Origin: a bacterium
GTDB taxonomy: Bacteria; Zhuqueibacterota; Zhuqueibacteria; Residuimicrobiales; Krinioviventaceae
Assembly (NCBI GenBank): GCA_963675755.2
Contig: CAXXMD010000003.1
Span: forward strand, 1,760,001 to 1,824,000
Direction of reading: 5' to 3'
Length of the DNA: 64,000 nucleotides
This document shows, piece by piece, positions 30,901 through 40,717 of this stretch. The translations under genes were made by a program, and so were the position numbers. Under the pieces are notes generated by a model. It worked only from the letters and a program-made list of their open reading frames with translations. It did not search any database and had not been told where the DNA came from. Numbering within the stretch: the stretch's first letter is position 1; each line of letters opens with the position of its first letter.

Positions 30901-31372
30901 GTAAATTCAGTGCTATATTGATGATTTTATCAGAGTACCTGCCTATTTTCCCCGTTTTATAAATCAACTTTTCAGCCGTTTTACCATCAAGGATATTTTG
31001 ATATTGCATTAAAGCATATATTGAAACACAGGAAAAGTGTGGAATATTGTTGTTTTTGCAATAGAGCAATATTTTTTTGTCATCGCTCAATACTGCATCA
31101 CAATTTGTAGAGGAGTGCAGGGTAACTACAGCCTTGTCTGTATGAGAAAGGCCATTTATTTTGATTGGGGTTACATCTTTAATATCAATTGTATGGATTC
31201 TTTCAAGTTGTTTTTCATTTATATCGTAAAGAGATTTCTCCTTCAACTCTATGATTACCTGAGATGGGGTACAGAGCTGGTAATGCTGCATTACAAGATT
31301 CAACGTGTCAGATCGGTGCAGCAGCAATAGCGAGCATGTGTCTACTGAAAAGGATTTTATATTTTCCATCAT
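30878..31372 (-). CDS. PIN-domain protein
   Basis: Acidic PIN pattern: VDTCSL, VIIEL, SHTDKAV and LSDDK. Confidence 0.65.
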   Translation of the reverse strand: MMENIKSFSVDTCSLLLLHRSDTLNLVMQHYQLCTPSQVIIELKEKSLYDINEKQLERIHTIDIKDVTPIKINGLSHTDKAVVTLHSSTNCDAVLSDDKKILLYCKNNNIPHFSCVSIYALMQYQNILDGKTAEKLIYKTGKIGRYSDKIINIALNLQKKWPAK

Positions 31373-31451
31373 ATCTTTTCTTGTTTCTTGTACAGAATTT
31401 CTGTATTATATGAAAAATTTTGATATTTATAAAGTAAATAGGGAGTAGATT

Positions 31452-32321
31452 GTGAAAAGAATAGCAGGTATTTTCATGTTGATTGCAATAAATTTGTGGG
31501 CTGCTGAAAAGCCAACCGTCCAACCCTTGTGGCCAGATGGTGTGCCTATGAAAACAGCAGAACAAACCGCAGAAGAACCCATGATGAGTATCTATTTACC
31601 TGCTCCTGAAAAGAATACAGGAGCCGCAGTTGTTATTTACCCTGGTGGTGGGTATTCAGGATTGGCAACAGACCATGAAGGAAAACAGATTGCCGAATGG
31701 TTGAATGATAACGGTATTGCGGGAATTATCACAACTTATCGCCGCGGCAAGGGGAGTCAACATCCTGTACCGTTGACAGATGCGCAACATGCTATCCGAA
31801 CTGTGCGATATAATGCCGAAAAATGGAATATTGATCCTGACAGAATAGGTGTTATAGGGTTTTCTGCTGGCGGTCATTTGGCTTCTACAACGGGTACTCA
31901 TTTTGATCTGGGTAATCCCGATGCTCAAGATCCAATTGAAAAAATGAGCTGTAGACCCGATTTTATGCTTTTGATTTATCCGGTAATTTCTTTGAATTCC
32001 GAATACACACATCAGGGATCGAAGCGGAATCTGTTGGGAGAAAATCCCGATCCTGTATTGGTTGAAAAGTTTTCAAACAATCAAAGCATTACTCAAGATA
32101 CGCCTCCCACGTTTCTGGCACATACCAATGAAGATACGGGTGTCCCCTCTGAAAACAGCGTTTTGTTTTATCTGGGATTAAGAAAGGCCGGTGTACCTGC
32201 AGAAATGCATATATTTGAAAAAGGTCGTCATGGATTGGGCTTGGGTCCCAAAGATATGGCCTTTCGTTACTGGCCCATGTTGTGTATTGAATGGTTAAAA
32301 ACCCGAGGGATTATTGAATAA
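31452..32321 (+). CDS. Secreted alpha/beta hydrolase (carbohydrate esterase-like)
   Basis: Signal peptide, oxyanion PGGGY, nucleophile GFSAGG, D in EDTGV and H in GRHG. Confidence 0.88.
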   Translation: MKRIAGIFMLIAINLWAAEKPTVQPLWPDGVPMKTAEQTAEEPMMSIYLPAPEKNTGAAVVIYPGGGYSGLATDHEGKQIAEWLNDNGIAGIITTYRRGKGSQHPVPLTDAQHAIRTVRYNAEKWNIDPDRIGVIGFSAGGHLASTTGTHFDLGNPDAQDPIEKMSCRPDFMLLIYPVISLNSEYTHQGSKRNLLGENPDPVLVEKFSNNQSITQDTPPTFLAHTNEDTGVPSENSVLFYLGLRKAGVPAEMHIFEKGRHGLGLGPKDMAFRYWPMLCIEWLKTRGIIE

Positions 32322-32352
32322 AAAAAGCCGCTGATTTTCAGCGGCTTTTTTT
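32320..32352. terminator. Bidirectional intrinsic terminator between convergent genes
   Basis: A7-GCCGCTGA-TT-TTCAGCGGC-T7. Confidence 0.85.
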
Positions 32353-32354
32353 AT

Positions 32355-34088
32355 TTATTTTGTTCTATCGATTACCAGGTAAATGGTCGCAAGTTGATAT
32401 CCTACTGCAACGAGGTCGCGTGTCAGTTCCCACCAATCGATTTCTCCTTTTTCAGGAACAAAGATTGTATCTCCTACTTCAATGGAAACTTTTCTGCCCG
32501 GTCTAAGCCATTCACCGGTTTTGGCTTTGATAATATGAACTTTGGATTTTTTGGCGTTATAGTTATATCCGCCGGCTTCAGCGATATAGTATTCCAGCTT
32601 TTTACTATTTTCAAAGGGAATCAATCCGGGATTTATAACTTGTCCCGCAACATTCACTGTTAGATCTTTGGTAGGTATAACGATAAGGTCCTGATCACGC
32701 AGTAAAATATTTTGCTGTTCATCATTTTGTTCAAAAACCTGGATGAAATCAATACCCATTTGGCCGGTACGTTCACGGGATTTTACTTTGAAATAATCTC
32801 TTTCCATCTCGGTCATGTCTGCAACCATCATGTTCTGCAAACGAATAAATTCAGGATCTTGAACGTTTTCCAAAGCCCGGCGTATGATATATGCGTTTTT
32901 CAGGGAGGCGCTGGATGTAAAGCCACCCGCAAGTTTAACAACATCTTTTAATCGTCTTACAGTATCATCCAGTGCATATTTGTTGGGGTAAAGAACTTCT
33001 CCCTTGATCTCAACAGTTCGTTTGGAATGATAGTTGGGTATCTGTTGAACAAACAACCGGTCATCCGGTTTTAACATAAAATTCAATGATTCTTTTTTAC
33101 GCTCCGGCGTGTCTAACAACAAGCTGATCTTTTTTGTTGCAGATGCATGGTTGGTAAAACGAACCAGTTCAATTTGCGAAGAGTCTGCATCAATGGTAAA
33201 ACCATGGGCCATATTGAGGATATCTTTAACTCTGTCACCAGGCAGGTATTCATATGTTTCCGGATTTTTAACCGCACCGAATATGGAAACCTGACCTAAA
33301 CCCTCTTTGAGGCTGGATATTGTAACAACATCACCATCAACCAAAACGGGATTCGCATCCAGATCACCAATCAGTGAATATTTCAGGTAATCGGCATTCA
33401 ATACTTCACCGGTACGGCGCTTAACGGTAATGTTACGTTTGGATGCTACAATTTCACGATCTTTTTCCTGTGGATTAGTGAATTCTATTTCTAATTCACT
33501 GGTTTCCGGTTTTTGAGTTTGTTGTGCGTTGGGATTGGTTCTGGCCGTTGGTTTTTTCTGTAGATTCTCCGGAGGGTTTTCCATTTCAAATCCACCAGCC
33601 ATATAAATAGCGTCTGAAACTCTGTCTCCGGCAGTTACTATTACCAAACCCGGACTGTTAACCGCACCACTAACCGTGACTTTGAAAGCCCTGACATCTA
33701 TCAGTGTGATTTCAATATTATCATCAAGGTATTTACTTTTAACAAGGTCTGTTATTTCGGATTTTGCTTTTGCCAGTGTCATTCCTGTTAGATCTACACT
33801 TCCCACAGAGGGAATAGATAAACTACCTTCCGGTGATATTTTTAAATTGTTGAATGTTGATTCTTCACGATTTCCCACAACAATTTGTATAATATCTCCG
33901 GGGCCTACTCTGTACTCGTTTTCATCAACAGGGTACTCGATAGGTGTAGATGGAGTAATGCTTGCACTTTGGGCAGGTTTGGATATATTTTTTAAAGAGC
34001 TTAGACTTTCAATACTGCTAAAATCCTGTGCTGCCACTGTTAATGAGAGAATTAATAGTGACAGAGATACCAGGATGGTTTTATACAT
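32355..34088 (-). CDS. Polysaccharide export protein with multiple SLBB domains (Wza/KpsD-like)
   Basis: Signal peptide, YRVGPGDII, and repeated V.G.V..PG...I..AGG SLBB motifs. Confidence 0.87.
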   Translation of the reverse strand: MYKTILVSLSLLILSLTVAAQDFSSIESLSSLKNISKPAQSASITPSTPIEYPVDENEYRVGPGDIIQIVVGNREESTFNNLKISPEGSLSIPSVGSVDLTGMTLAKAKSEITDLVKSKYLDDNIEITLIDVRAFKVTVSGAVNSPGLVIVTAGDRVSDAIYMAGGFEMENPPENLQKKPTARTNPNAQQTQKPETSELEIEFTNPQEKDREIVASKRNITVKRRTGEVLNADYLKYSLIGDLDANPVLVDGDVVTISSLKEGLGQVSIFGAVKNPETYEYLPGDRVKDILNMAHGFTIDADSSQIELVRFTNHASATKKISLLLDTPERKKESLNFMLKPDDRLFVQQIPNYHSKRTVEIKGEVLYPNKYALDDTVRRLKDVVKLAGGFTSSASLKNAYIIRRALENVQDPEFIRLQNMMVADMTEMERDYFKVKSRERTGQMGIDFIQVFEQNDEQQNILLRDQDLIVIPTKDLTVNVAGQVINPGLIPFENSKKLEYYIAEAGGYNYNAKKSKVHIIKAKTGEWLRPGRKVSIEVGDTIFVPEKGEIDWWELTRDLVAVGYQLATIYLVIDRTK

Positions 34089-34124
34089 TTCTCCTCCATA
34101 AAATCTGATATATGTAATTCTAAA

Positions 34125-35222
34125 TTATGATGATAGTGCTTCAAAAACCTCAACAATCCTTTTGGATGCTTCTCCATCCCATAATGGTGGAATAGCGTGT
34201 TGTTTTTGATCACCATTCATAGTTTCCTGATATGCTTTCAATATTGCATCGGGCTGAACACCTATCAGTTTGTTTGTTCCCAGTTCAACCGTTATGGGAC
34301 GTTCAGTGTTTTCCCGTAATGTGATACAGGGGATTCCCAAATAGGTTGTTTCTTCCTGAATACCACCGGAATCTGTCAGTACCAGTCTGGCTTTGCTCAT
34401 CAGTCTTAAAAATGCAAGATAACCGATGGGATCAACCAGTTGGATGTTTTGCATTGTTTCAACTTTATCTAACAAACCAAATTTCTCCAGATTTTTCCGT
34501 GTTCTGGGATGAATTGGGAAAAATATGGGTAAATCTTTTTGTACGGTTTCAAATGTGTCTAGTATCTGTTTCAGAATTTCGGGATTATCAACATTTGAGG
34601 GTCTGTGTAATGTAACGAGAGCGTAACCATTTGGTTCCAGGTTATTTTCTTCAAGCACTGTCAAAGATTCTGACGCTTTAAGGTGTTCAATGAGAGAATC
34701 TATCATTACATTACCAACCATATGGATTTTATCTGAAGGGATTCCCTCTTTTGCCAGATTGTCAATGCCGCTCTGTTCGGTGATAAACAAAAGGTCAGAG
34801 ATTGAATCCGTTAGAATTCGGTTGATCTCTTCCGGCATTTGACGGTCAAAGCTGCGCAGACCTGCTTCCACATGAGCTATGGGGATGTGTAATTTTGATG
34901 CGGCAAGTGAAGCCGCAATGGTAGAGTTTACATCGCCCACGACCAAAACCCAGTCCGGCTTTTGCTCCATAAAGGTCTTTTCAAGCGCAATCATAACAGC
35001 AGCGGTTTGTTCTGCATGAGTTCCGGAACCGACCCCTAGATAAAGGTCGGGTTCCGGCATGCCAAGTTCGGTGAAAAATGTTTTTGACATTTTTTCATCA
35101 TAATGCTGTCCGGTATGTATAAGCAAAGGTTCAATTTTTGAACTTGCCTGCATCCGTCTGTGTATAGGTGCAATTTTCATAAAGTTGGGTCTGGCCCCAA
35201 CAATATTTGCAATTTTTAACAT
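34125..35222 (-). CDS. wecB: UDP-N-acetylglucosamine 2-epimerase (non-hydrolysing)
   Basis: Motifs VGARPNFMK, HTGQHYD, HVEAGLRS, TDSGGIQEE and RENTERP. Confidence 0.95.
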   Translation of the reverse strand: MLKIANIVGARPNFMKIAPIHRRMQASSKIEPLLIHTGQHYDEKMSKTFFTELGMPEPDLYLGVGSGTHAEQTAAVMIALEKTFMEQKPDWVLVVGDVNSTIAASLAASKLHIPIAHVEAGLRSFDRQMPEEINRILTDSISDLLFITEQSGIDNLAKEGIPSDKIHMVGNVMIDSLIEHLKASESLTVLEENNLEPNGYALVTLHRPSNVDNPEILKQILDTFETVQKDLPIFFPIHPRTRKNLEKFGLLDKVETMQNIQLVDPIGYLAFLRLMSKARLVLTDSGGIQEETTYLGIPCITLRENTERPITVELGTNKLIGVQPDAILKAYQETMNGDQKQHAIPPLWDGEASKRIVEVFEALSS

Positions 35223-35231
35223 AATATATCC

Positions 35232-36557
35232 TTAGAATCGGGTACCTGATCCAAGTTTCGTGATCTTTTTATCCACATCATCTACATTTTTGGTAAGATT
35301 TCGTGTATCTACAACTGCTTTAGAGTGTTTTACAATGAATTCAGGATCATAAGCGGTATGATCAGTAGCAATAACCGCCACATCAAATGACTCCAGGCAC
35401 TCTGCGGTCAATTCAGTGGATTTCATTGTGTTACCTTTGAACTGAATTTCAGGAACAAAGGGATCGTTATAAGATATTTCTGTTGCACCGCGTTCATCGA
35501 GGAATTTCAAGATTTTCAATGCCGGGGATTCACGCATATCATCAATGTCTTTTTTAAAGGCTACACCAAGAATGAGAATTTTTGCTTTATTAAAAGGTAC
35601 ACCCACCTGGCCCAAAGCACGACGAATGAGTCCCAATACATAAAAGGGCATGTCTTCATTGGTTTCTGCTGCCAGTTCAATAAAGTTGGTATGGAAATCG
35701 TACTCACGCGCTTTCCAGGATAAATAATAGGGATCGATCAGAATACAGTGGCCGCCAATTCCCGGTCCCGGGAAAAAGGGCATGTAACCAAAGGGTTTTG
35801 TTGCTGCGGCTTCAACCACTTCCCAGATGTCAATTCCACCCATGCGGTCACACAGACGGGCCATTTCGTTAACAAGCGCAATATTTACACTACGGAAAAT
35901 ATTCTCAAGCAGCTTTTCCATTTCAGCAACCTTGGGAGATGAAACCGGAACAACTGTATTGATGATCTGTTCGTTAACCAGACATGCCAGTTCGGTACAT
36001 TTTTTAGTAACACCGCCAACAACAACCGGGGTATTTGCTGTGGTAAACTTTTTATTACCGGGATCAATACGTTCGGGAGAAAAAGCCAGATAATAATCTT
36101 TACCTGCTACCATTCCATTTGCTTCAAGGATGGGTTGCAAAACACCTTCGGTGGTGTCAGGAAAAGTTGTGCTTTTCAGGATAATGATTTGATCTTTACG
36201 GAGTTTGGGAGCAACACCTTTACCCGCGTCAACAATGTATGAAACATCGGGTTCTTTGTTCGCGGTAAAGGGGGTGGGTACACAGATATAGATGATGTCC
36301 ATCTGATCTGCCTGGTCGTACTCGGTGGTAGCGGTAAACAAGCCGGCTTTGAATGCTTTTTCAAATTTGGCATCTTCAACATCATCGATATAGTTTTTGC
36401 CGCAGTTTAAAAGATCTACTTTTTTCTGGCTCTTGTCAATACCAATGACTTTGAATCCCTTGTCTGCAAATTCAACTGCCAGCGGAAGACCAACGTATCC
36501 CAAGCCTACTACACCTACCAATACGTCTTTGTTTTTGATTTTTTGTTCAATGCTCAT
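35232..36557 (-). CDS. UDP-N-acetylhexosamine 6-dehydrogenase (WecC/WbpA family)
   Basis: Motifs GLGYVGLP, ICVPTP, SPERIDPG, catalytic GGHC and DMRESP. Confidence 0.92.
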   Translation of the reverse strand: MSIEQKIKNKDVLVGVVGLGYVGLPLAVEFADKGFKVIGIDKSQKKVDLLNCGKNYIDDVEDAKFEKAFKAGLFTATTEYDQADQMDIIYICVPTPFTANKEPDVSYIVDAGKGVAPKLRKDQIIILKSTTFPDTTEGVLQPILEANGMVAGKDYYLAFSPERIDPGNKKFTTANTPVVVGGVTKKCTELACLVNEQIINTVVPVSSPKVAEMEKLLENIFRSVNIALVNEMARLCDRMGGIDIWEVVEAAATKPFGYMPFFPGPGIGGHCILIDPYYLSWKAREYDFHTNFIELAAETNEDMPFYVLGLIRRALGQVGVPFNKAKILILGVAFKKDIDDMRESPALKILKFLDERGATEISYNDPFVPEIQFKGNTMKSTELTAECLESFDVAVIATDHTAYDPEFIVKHSKAVVDTRNLTKNVDDVDKKITKLGSGTRF

Positions 36558-36590
36558 ATATACTCCTTTTTACCAAAAGGCTGAAAATTG

Positions 36591-37595
36591 TTAATCCATT
36601 TTATAATGATTTTTATAATAGTCCAGATATTCACCGGATTTGATTTTTTTCCACCACCAGTCGTTCTCTACATACCAATTGATTGTTTTTGTGAGCGCTT
36701 CCTGCAATGTATGTGAAGGTTCCCAACCCAGTGCTTTGATTTTACTCATATCTACAGCATAGCGCCTGTCATGACCGGGTCTGTCTTTGACATAGGTAAT
36801 TAAATCATTGGGTTTGTTAAGAGCTTCAAGAATAAAGTGAGTGATTTCCAGATTGTTTCTTTCGTTTCCACCACCAATATTGTAGACCTGACCGTTTTCA
36901 CCATTTTGAATCAGAAAATCGATTGCATCACAATGGTCCATTACATAAATCCAGTCTCTAACGTATTTTCCGTCACCGTACACCGGCAAGGGTTTGTCTT
37001 CAATAGCGTTAGTAACAAACAGTGAGATCAGCTTTTCGGGATACTGATACAAACCATAATTATTTGAACAACGGGATATGGTTACAGGAACATCATACGT
37101 TACAAAATATGAGAATGCCAGACGATCAGCGCCCGCTTTGGATGCAGAATAGGGGCTTGAAGGTTCCAGCACATCAGTTTCTTTGAATGCGCCGTCAAGA
37201 ATGCTGCCATACACTTCATCTGTACTGATCTGTATGAATTTTTGAATATTGCTGTTGCGTGCGGCTTCGAGCAGTACAAATGCACCATAAACATCGGTTT
37301 TGATAAAGTCATCTGGACTGCCGATAGACCTGTCTACATGGCTTTCCGCTGCAAAATTTACAACAATATCACACTCTGCTACCAGAGGATTTACGATATT
37401 GGCATCGCAAATATCTCCTTTGACAAAGGTATAGTTTGTCCTGTTTTCTATATCTAAAAGATTATCAGGATTTCCCGCATAAGTTAATTTGTCCAGGTTG
37501 GTTACGTGAATAGAGTCCCCGTATTTTTCAAAAAGGTAGTGAATAAAATTACTGCCGATAAAACCTGAACCACCGGTTACCAGGTATTTTGTCAT
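36591..37595 (-). CDS. rfbB: dTDP-glucose 4,6-dehydratase
   Basis: Motifs TGGSGFIGSN, DKLTYAG, AESHVDRS, STDEVYG, YSASK and DRPGHDRRY; ATG at 37595 follows GGGAG. Confidence 0.95.
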   Translation of the reverse strand: MTKYLVTGGSGFIGSNFIHYLFEKYGDSIHVTNLDKLTYAGNPDNLLDIENRTNYTFVKGDICDANIVNPLVAECDIVVNFAAESHVDRSIGSPDDFIKTDVYGAFVLLEAARNSNIQKFIQISTDEVYGSILDGAFKETDVLEPSSPYSASKAGADRLAFSYFVTYDVPVTISRCSNNYGLYQYPEKLISLFVTNAIEDKPLPVYGDGKYVRDWIYVMDHCDAIDFLIQNGENGQVYNIGGGNERNNLEITHFILEALNKPNDLITYVKDRPGHDRRYAVDMSKIKALGWEPSHTLQEALTKTINWYVENDWWWKKIKSGEYLDYYKNHYKMD

Positions 37596-37842
37596 ATTCT
37601 CCCTGCTGCTGTACAATTATAAATACATAAACCTCAATAATTACAAGAGATAAATGTACAAACCGGAACAATAAAAGTCAATTTGTTTATAAAGAGATTT
37701 TATATTAACCGGATTTGGATACTATTAAGTATGCCTGTAAAAAAACGATCAAAAACCTTTATTTATTTCATGTTATTTTAGAATTGCTTTGAAATCCTAA
37801 AAAATTTTTATAATTTGTGTGATATAATTTTTTGGAGTATGA

Positions 37843-39591
37843 ATGCGATCCGATTTGAATATAAAAATTGCCATGTGCCAGTACAATTTTATTGTAGGAG
37901 ACTTGACTGGCAACAAAGATAAGATATTATCCGGTATTTCACAGGCCGTTGAACAACATTGTGATGTTGTGGTTTTTCCAGAATTAAGTATTACGGGATA
38001 TCCCCCGGAAGATCTGTTGTTAAGAAATCAGTTTATTGTTGACCAGTTGAGCATATTAGATGAAATAACCTTAAAAGTTGATGATATCGTCTGTATTGTA
38101 GGATTTGTAGACAGGGTAGAAAAAGATCTTTATAATGCGGCTGCGGTGATTCACAAGGGCCGGATACAGCAGGTGTATCACAAGATCCAGTTGCCCAATT
38201 ACAGTGTGTTTGATGAAGAACGATACTTTGAAGCAGGAAATGAACCTCTTGTGGTTTCTATAAACGGAGTCAAGCTGGGAATTGGAATTTGTGAGGATAT
38301 TTGGATCAAAGAATGTGTAACCGAAAGTCAGGCTTTTTGTGGTGATGCAGAGATTCTGATCAATATCTCAGCGTCTCCTTATTATATGGCCAAGTTTAAT
38401 GAACGATTAGAGATGGTTCAAAGCCGGGCAAAGCGTACCCGTGCCTTTGTGATTTATAATAACCTGGTTGGCGGGCAAGATGAACTGGTCTTTGACGGTC
38501 ACAGCTTGATTGTAGATGAAACGGGTAAACTTGCGGGCCATGGTCATGCTTTTGAAGAAGACATGCTGGTGTTTGATGTGGATGTGGACCGTATCCGTAA
38601 ACACCGTGAGAATGATGAGACCTTTGAACAGGACGCCCAGGAGTTTACCTGCCCTTTTGAATATTTGAGATATGTGGAACTGCAAACTCGTTTTGTACAT
38701 GACGAGTTGAAAATTACCGCACCGGGACGTCCCCGATTATCTGATGAAGATGAGGTCTACCAGGCATTAATACTGGGGCTCAAAGATTATGTGCACAAGA
38801 ACGGATTTAAAGAAGTGGTGTTTGGCCTTTCCGGTGGAATTGATTCTGCGCTGGTAGCGGCTATTGCAGCCGATGCATTGGGACCCGAGCATGTACACTG
38901 TGTAACCATGCCCACGCGCTTTTCATCTCGCGGCAGTGTGGATGACTCTGTACGTCTGGCAGATAATTTTGGTATTACATTAAACGAGTTGGCAATTGAA
39001 GATGTATTCAACAGTTATTTGGGACTTTTAGAACCCTTGTTTAAAGACCAACCTTTTAATGTGGCAGAAGAGAATTTGCAGGCCCGTATTCGCGGTGCTA
39101 TTGTAATGGCGCTTTCCAACAAGTTTGGTTGGATTGCCCTGGCAACTGGTAACAAGAGTGAAGTGAGTGTAGGGTATAGCACCATTTATGGTGACATGGT
39201 GGGTGGATTTTCTCCGCTCAAAGATGTTTACAAGATGTGGGTATATAAACTTTCACGGCGACGTAACGAAATTGCCGGTTACGATATCATCCCGCAATCC
39301 ATCATAGATAAAGCGCCGTCAGCGGAATTGCGCCCCGATCAAAAGGATGAAGACAGTCTGCCGCCTTATGATATTCTGGACGCAATTCTGGAGTATTATG
39401 TGGAAGATGATCTCAGTGTAAATGATATTGAAGCCAAGGGCTATGAACGTCAGACTATCAAAGATGTGATTCGCCTGGTGGATATTAATGAATATAAACG
39501 CCGACAGGCTGCGCCCGGTGTGAAAATAACTCCGCGTGCTTTTGGCAAAGACCGCCGTATGCCCATTACCAACAAGTACAGGATGGGATGA
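37843..39591 (+). CDS. nadE: Glutamine-dependent NAD+ synthetase
   Basis: Nitrilase domain (FPEL, YHK, ICED) fused to the synthetase domain (GLSGGIDS, ENLQARIR, TGNKSE, PSAEL). Confidence 0.96.
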   Translation: MRSDLNIKIAMCQYNFIVGDLTGNKDKILSGISQAVEQHCDVVVFPELSITGYPPEDLLLRNQFIVDQLSILDEITLKVDDIVCIVGFVDRVEKDLYNAAAVIHKGRIQQVYHKIQLPNYSVFDEERYFEAGNEPLVVSINGVKLGIGICEDIWIKECVTESQAFCGDAEILINISASPYYMAKFNERLEMVQSRAKRTRAFVIYNNLVGGQDELVFDGHSLIVDETGKLAGHGHAFEEDMLVFDVDVDRIRKHRENDETFEQDAQEFTCPFEYLRYVELQTRFVHDELKITAPGRPRLSDEDEVYQALILGLKDYVHKNGFKEVVFGLSGGIDSALVAAIAADALGPEHVHCVTMPTRFSSRGSVDDSVRLADNFGITLNELAIEDVFNSYLGLLEPLFKDQPFNVAEENLQARIRGAIVMALSNKFGWIALATGNKSEVSVGYSTIYGDMVGGFSPLKDVYKMWVYKLSRRRNEIAGYDIIPQSIIDKAPSAELRPDQKDEDSLPPYDILDAILEYYVEDDLSVNDIEAKGYERQTIKDVIRLVDINEYKRRQAAPGVKITPRAFGKDRRMPITNKYRMG

Positions 39592-39595
39592 TTGT

Positions 39596-40327
39596 TTATA
39601 GCGTCAGCCCCGCAAGATAATTACCATCCGGCTCTTCTTCAAGAATCTTGATTTGCCACCCGGCTTTTATGGCGTACGTTTTCAATGTGTCATAATCCAC
39701 AAGCAGCCAGTTGAACCAGGGTCCGGTAAGGTCTTTGTATTTCAACCGGATCCGTGAGATGCCTTCAAAACGATGCGCTTTACGGTTTCTTTGTTGATAT
39801 CGGATGTGTTTGATAAAATCGGTTTGTTTAAAATTGATGCCGTTGATCAGCATTTGTCCGTTTTTATTTAATAGCGATTGACAATGGTATAAAAAGTTCT
39901 CAAGCTCTTCAAGATTACCTACAATTCCTATACCGCGGCCTAGGAGCATCAGGGTATCATATTTACCTGTCAAGTCCCAAATGTCCAAACAATCCGCATG
40001 TTTAACGCCCAGTTCCTTCATTGCATCTACGTTTTCGGGACAAATATCTATAGCATGTACATCCCGGCCATATTCTTGTAATACCAGGGAATGCGGTCCT
40101 GTACCGGCGCCTATATCCAGAATTTTTCCTTCGCATTGCTCCAGTGCTGCTTTTTCATGAGGTGCCATTTCAGCAAAAGAACGAAAAAAGCTACGCACAG
40201 GCATATCATCACAATAGCCGTCATCACGTTCGGTAACAAGCAGTTCATGCATATTGCCTTGCATATAATCGGAAACTGCCATACCCATAGGTGACATGGC
40301 AGTAACAATACTGTCAGTTTCAATCAT
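39596..40327 (-). CDS. Class I SAM-dependent methyltransferase
   Basis: Motif ILDIGAGTG; start placed at the Met after the TfoX stop. Confidence 0.8.
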   Translation of the reverse strand: MIETDSIVTAMSPMGMAVSDYMQGNMHELLVTERDDGYCDDMPVRSFFRSFAEMAPHEKAALEQCEGKILDIGAGTGPHSLVLQEYGRDVHAIDICPENVDAMKELGVKHADCLDIWDLTGKYDTLMLLGRGIGIVGNLEELENFLYHCQSLLNKNGQMLINGINFKQTDFIKHIRYQQRNRKAHRFEGISRIRLKYKDLTGPWFNWLLVDYDTLKTYAIKAGWQIKILEEEPDGNYLAGLTL

Positions 40328-40356
40328 AATAATTGGTCCCGGTTTTTTAGAGGTGT

Positions 40357-40686
40357 TTATTTTGGAGGCAGCGAGATACAGTAATTGTAACCGTTTTTTA
40401 ACCATGCTTTTAAAAACGAATCATCCCCCCAGGCCTCAGGGGCTACCATGACCCAACCTTTCATGGGTCGGCCTGTTATGTCAAATACCCGGCAATGGTC
40501 CAGTTGAAGCGCCTGTTCCGCCATTTCAACGGAAAGACGCAAAATTAATGAATCTTTATAGATACCGCAGCACATATTCCCTTTGACCATGTATCCCACG
40601 CCGCCAAACATTTTCTTTTCATCAAATTCGGTCATTTCCGCTAATAACGGGCGAATACGTTCTGCCAGTTCCTGGTTGTAAGCCAT
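40357..40686 (-). CDS. TfoX/Sxy N-terminal domain protein
   Basis: MAYNQELAERIR, EKKMFGG and FDITGRPMKGWVMV. Confidence 0.88.
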   Translation of the reverse strand: MAYNQELAERIRPLLAEMTEFDEKKMFGGVGYMVKGNMCCGIYKDSLILRLSVEMAEQALQLDHCRVFDITGRPMKGWVMVAPEAWGDDSFLKAWLKNGYNYCISLPPK

Positions 40687-40717
40687 GCCGGAGAGTCCTG
40701 CTGTTTTTTGTCGTCTG

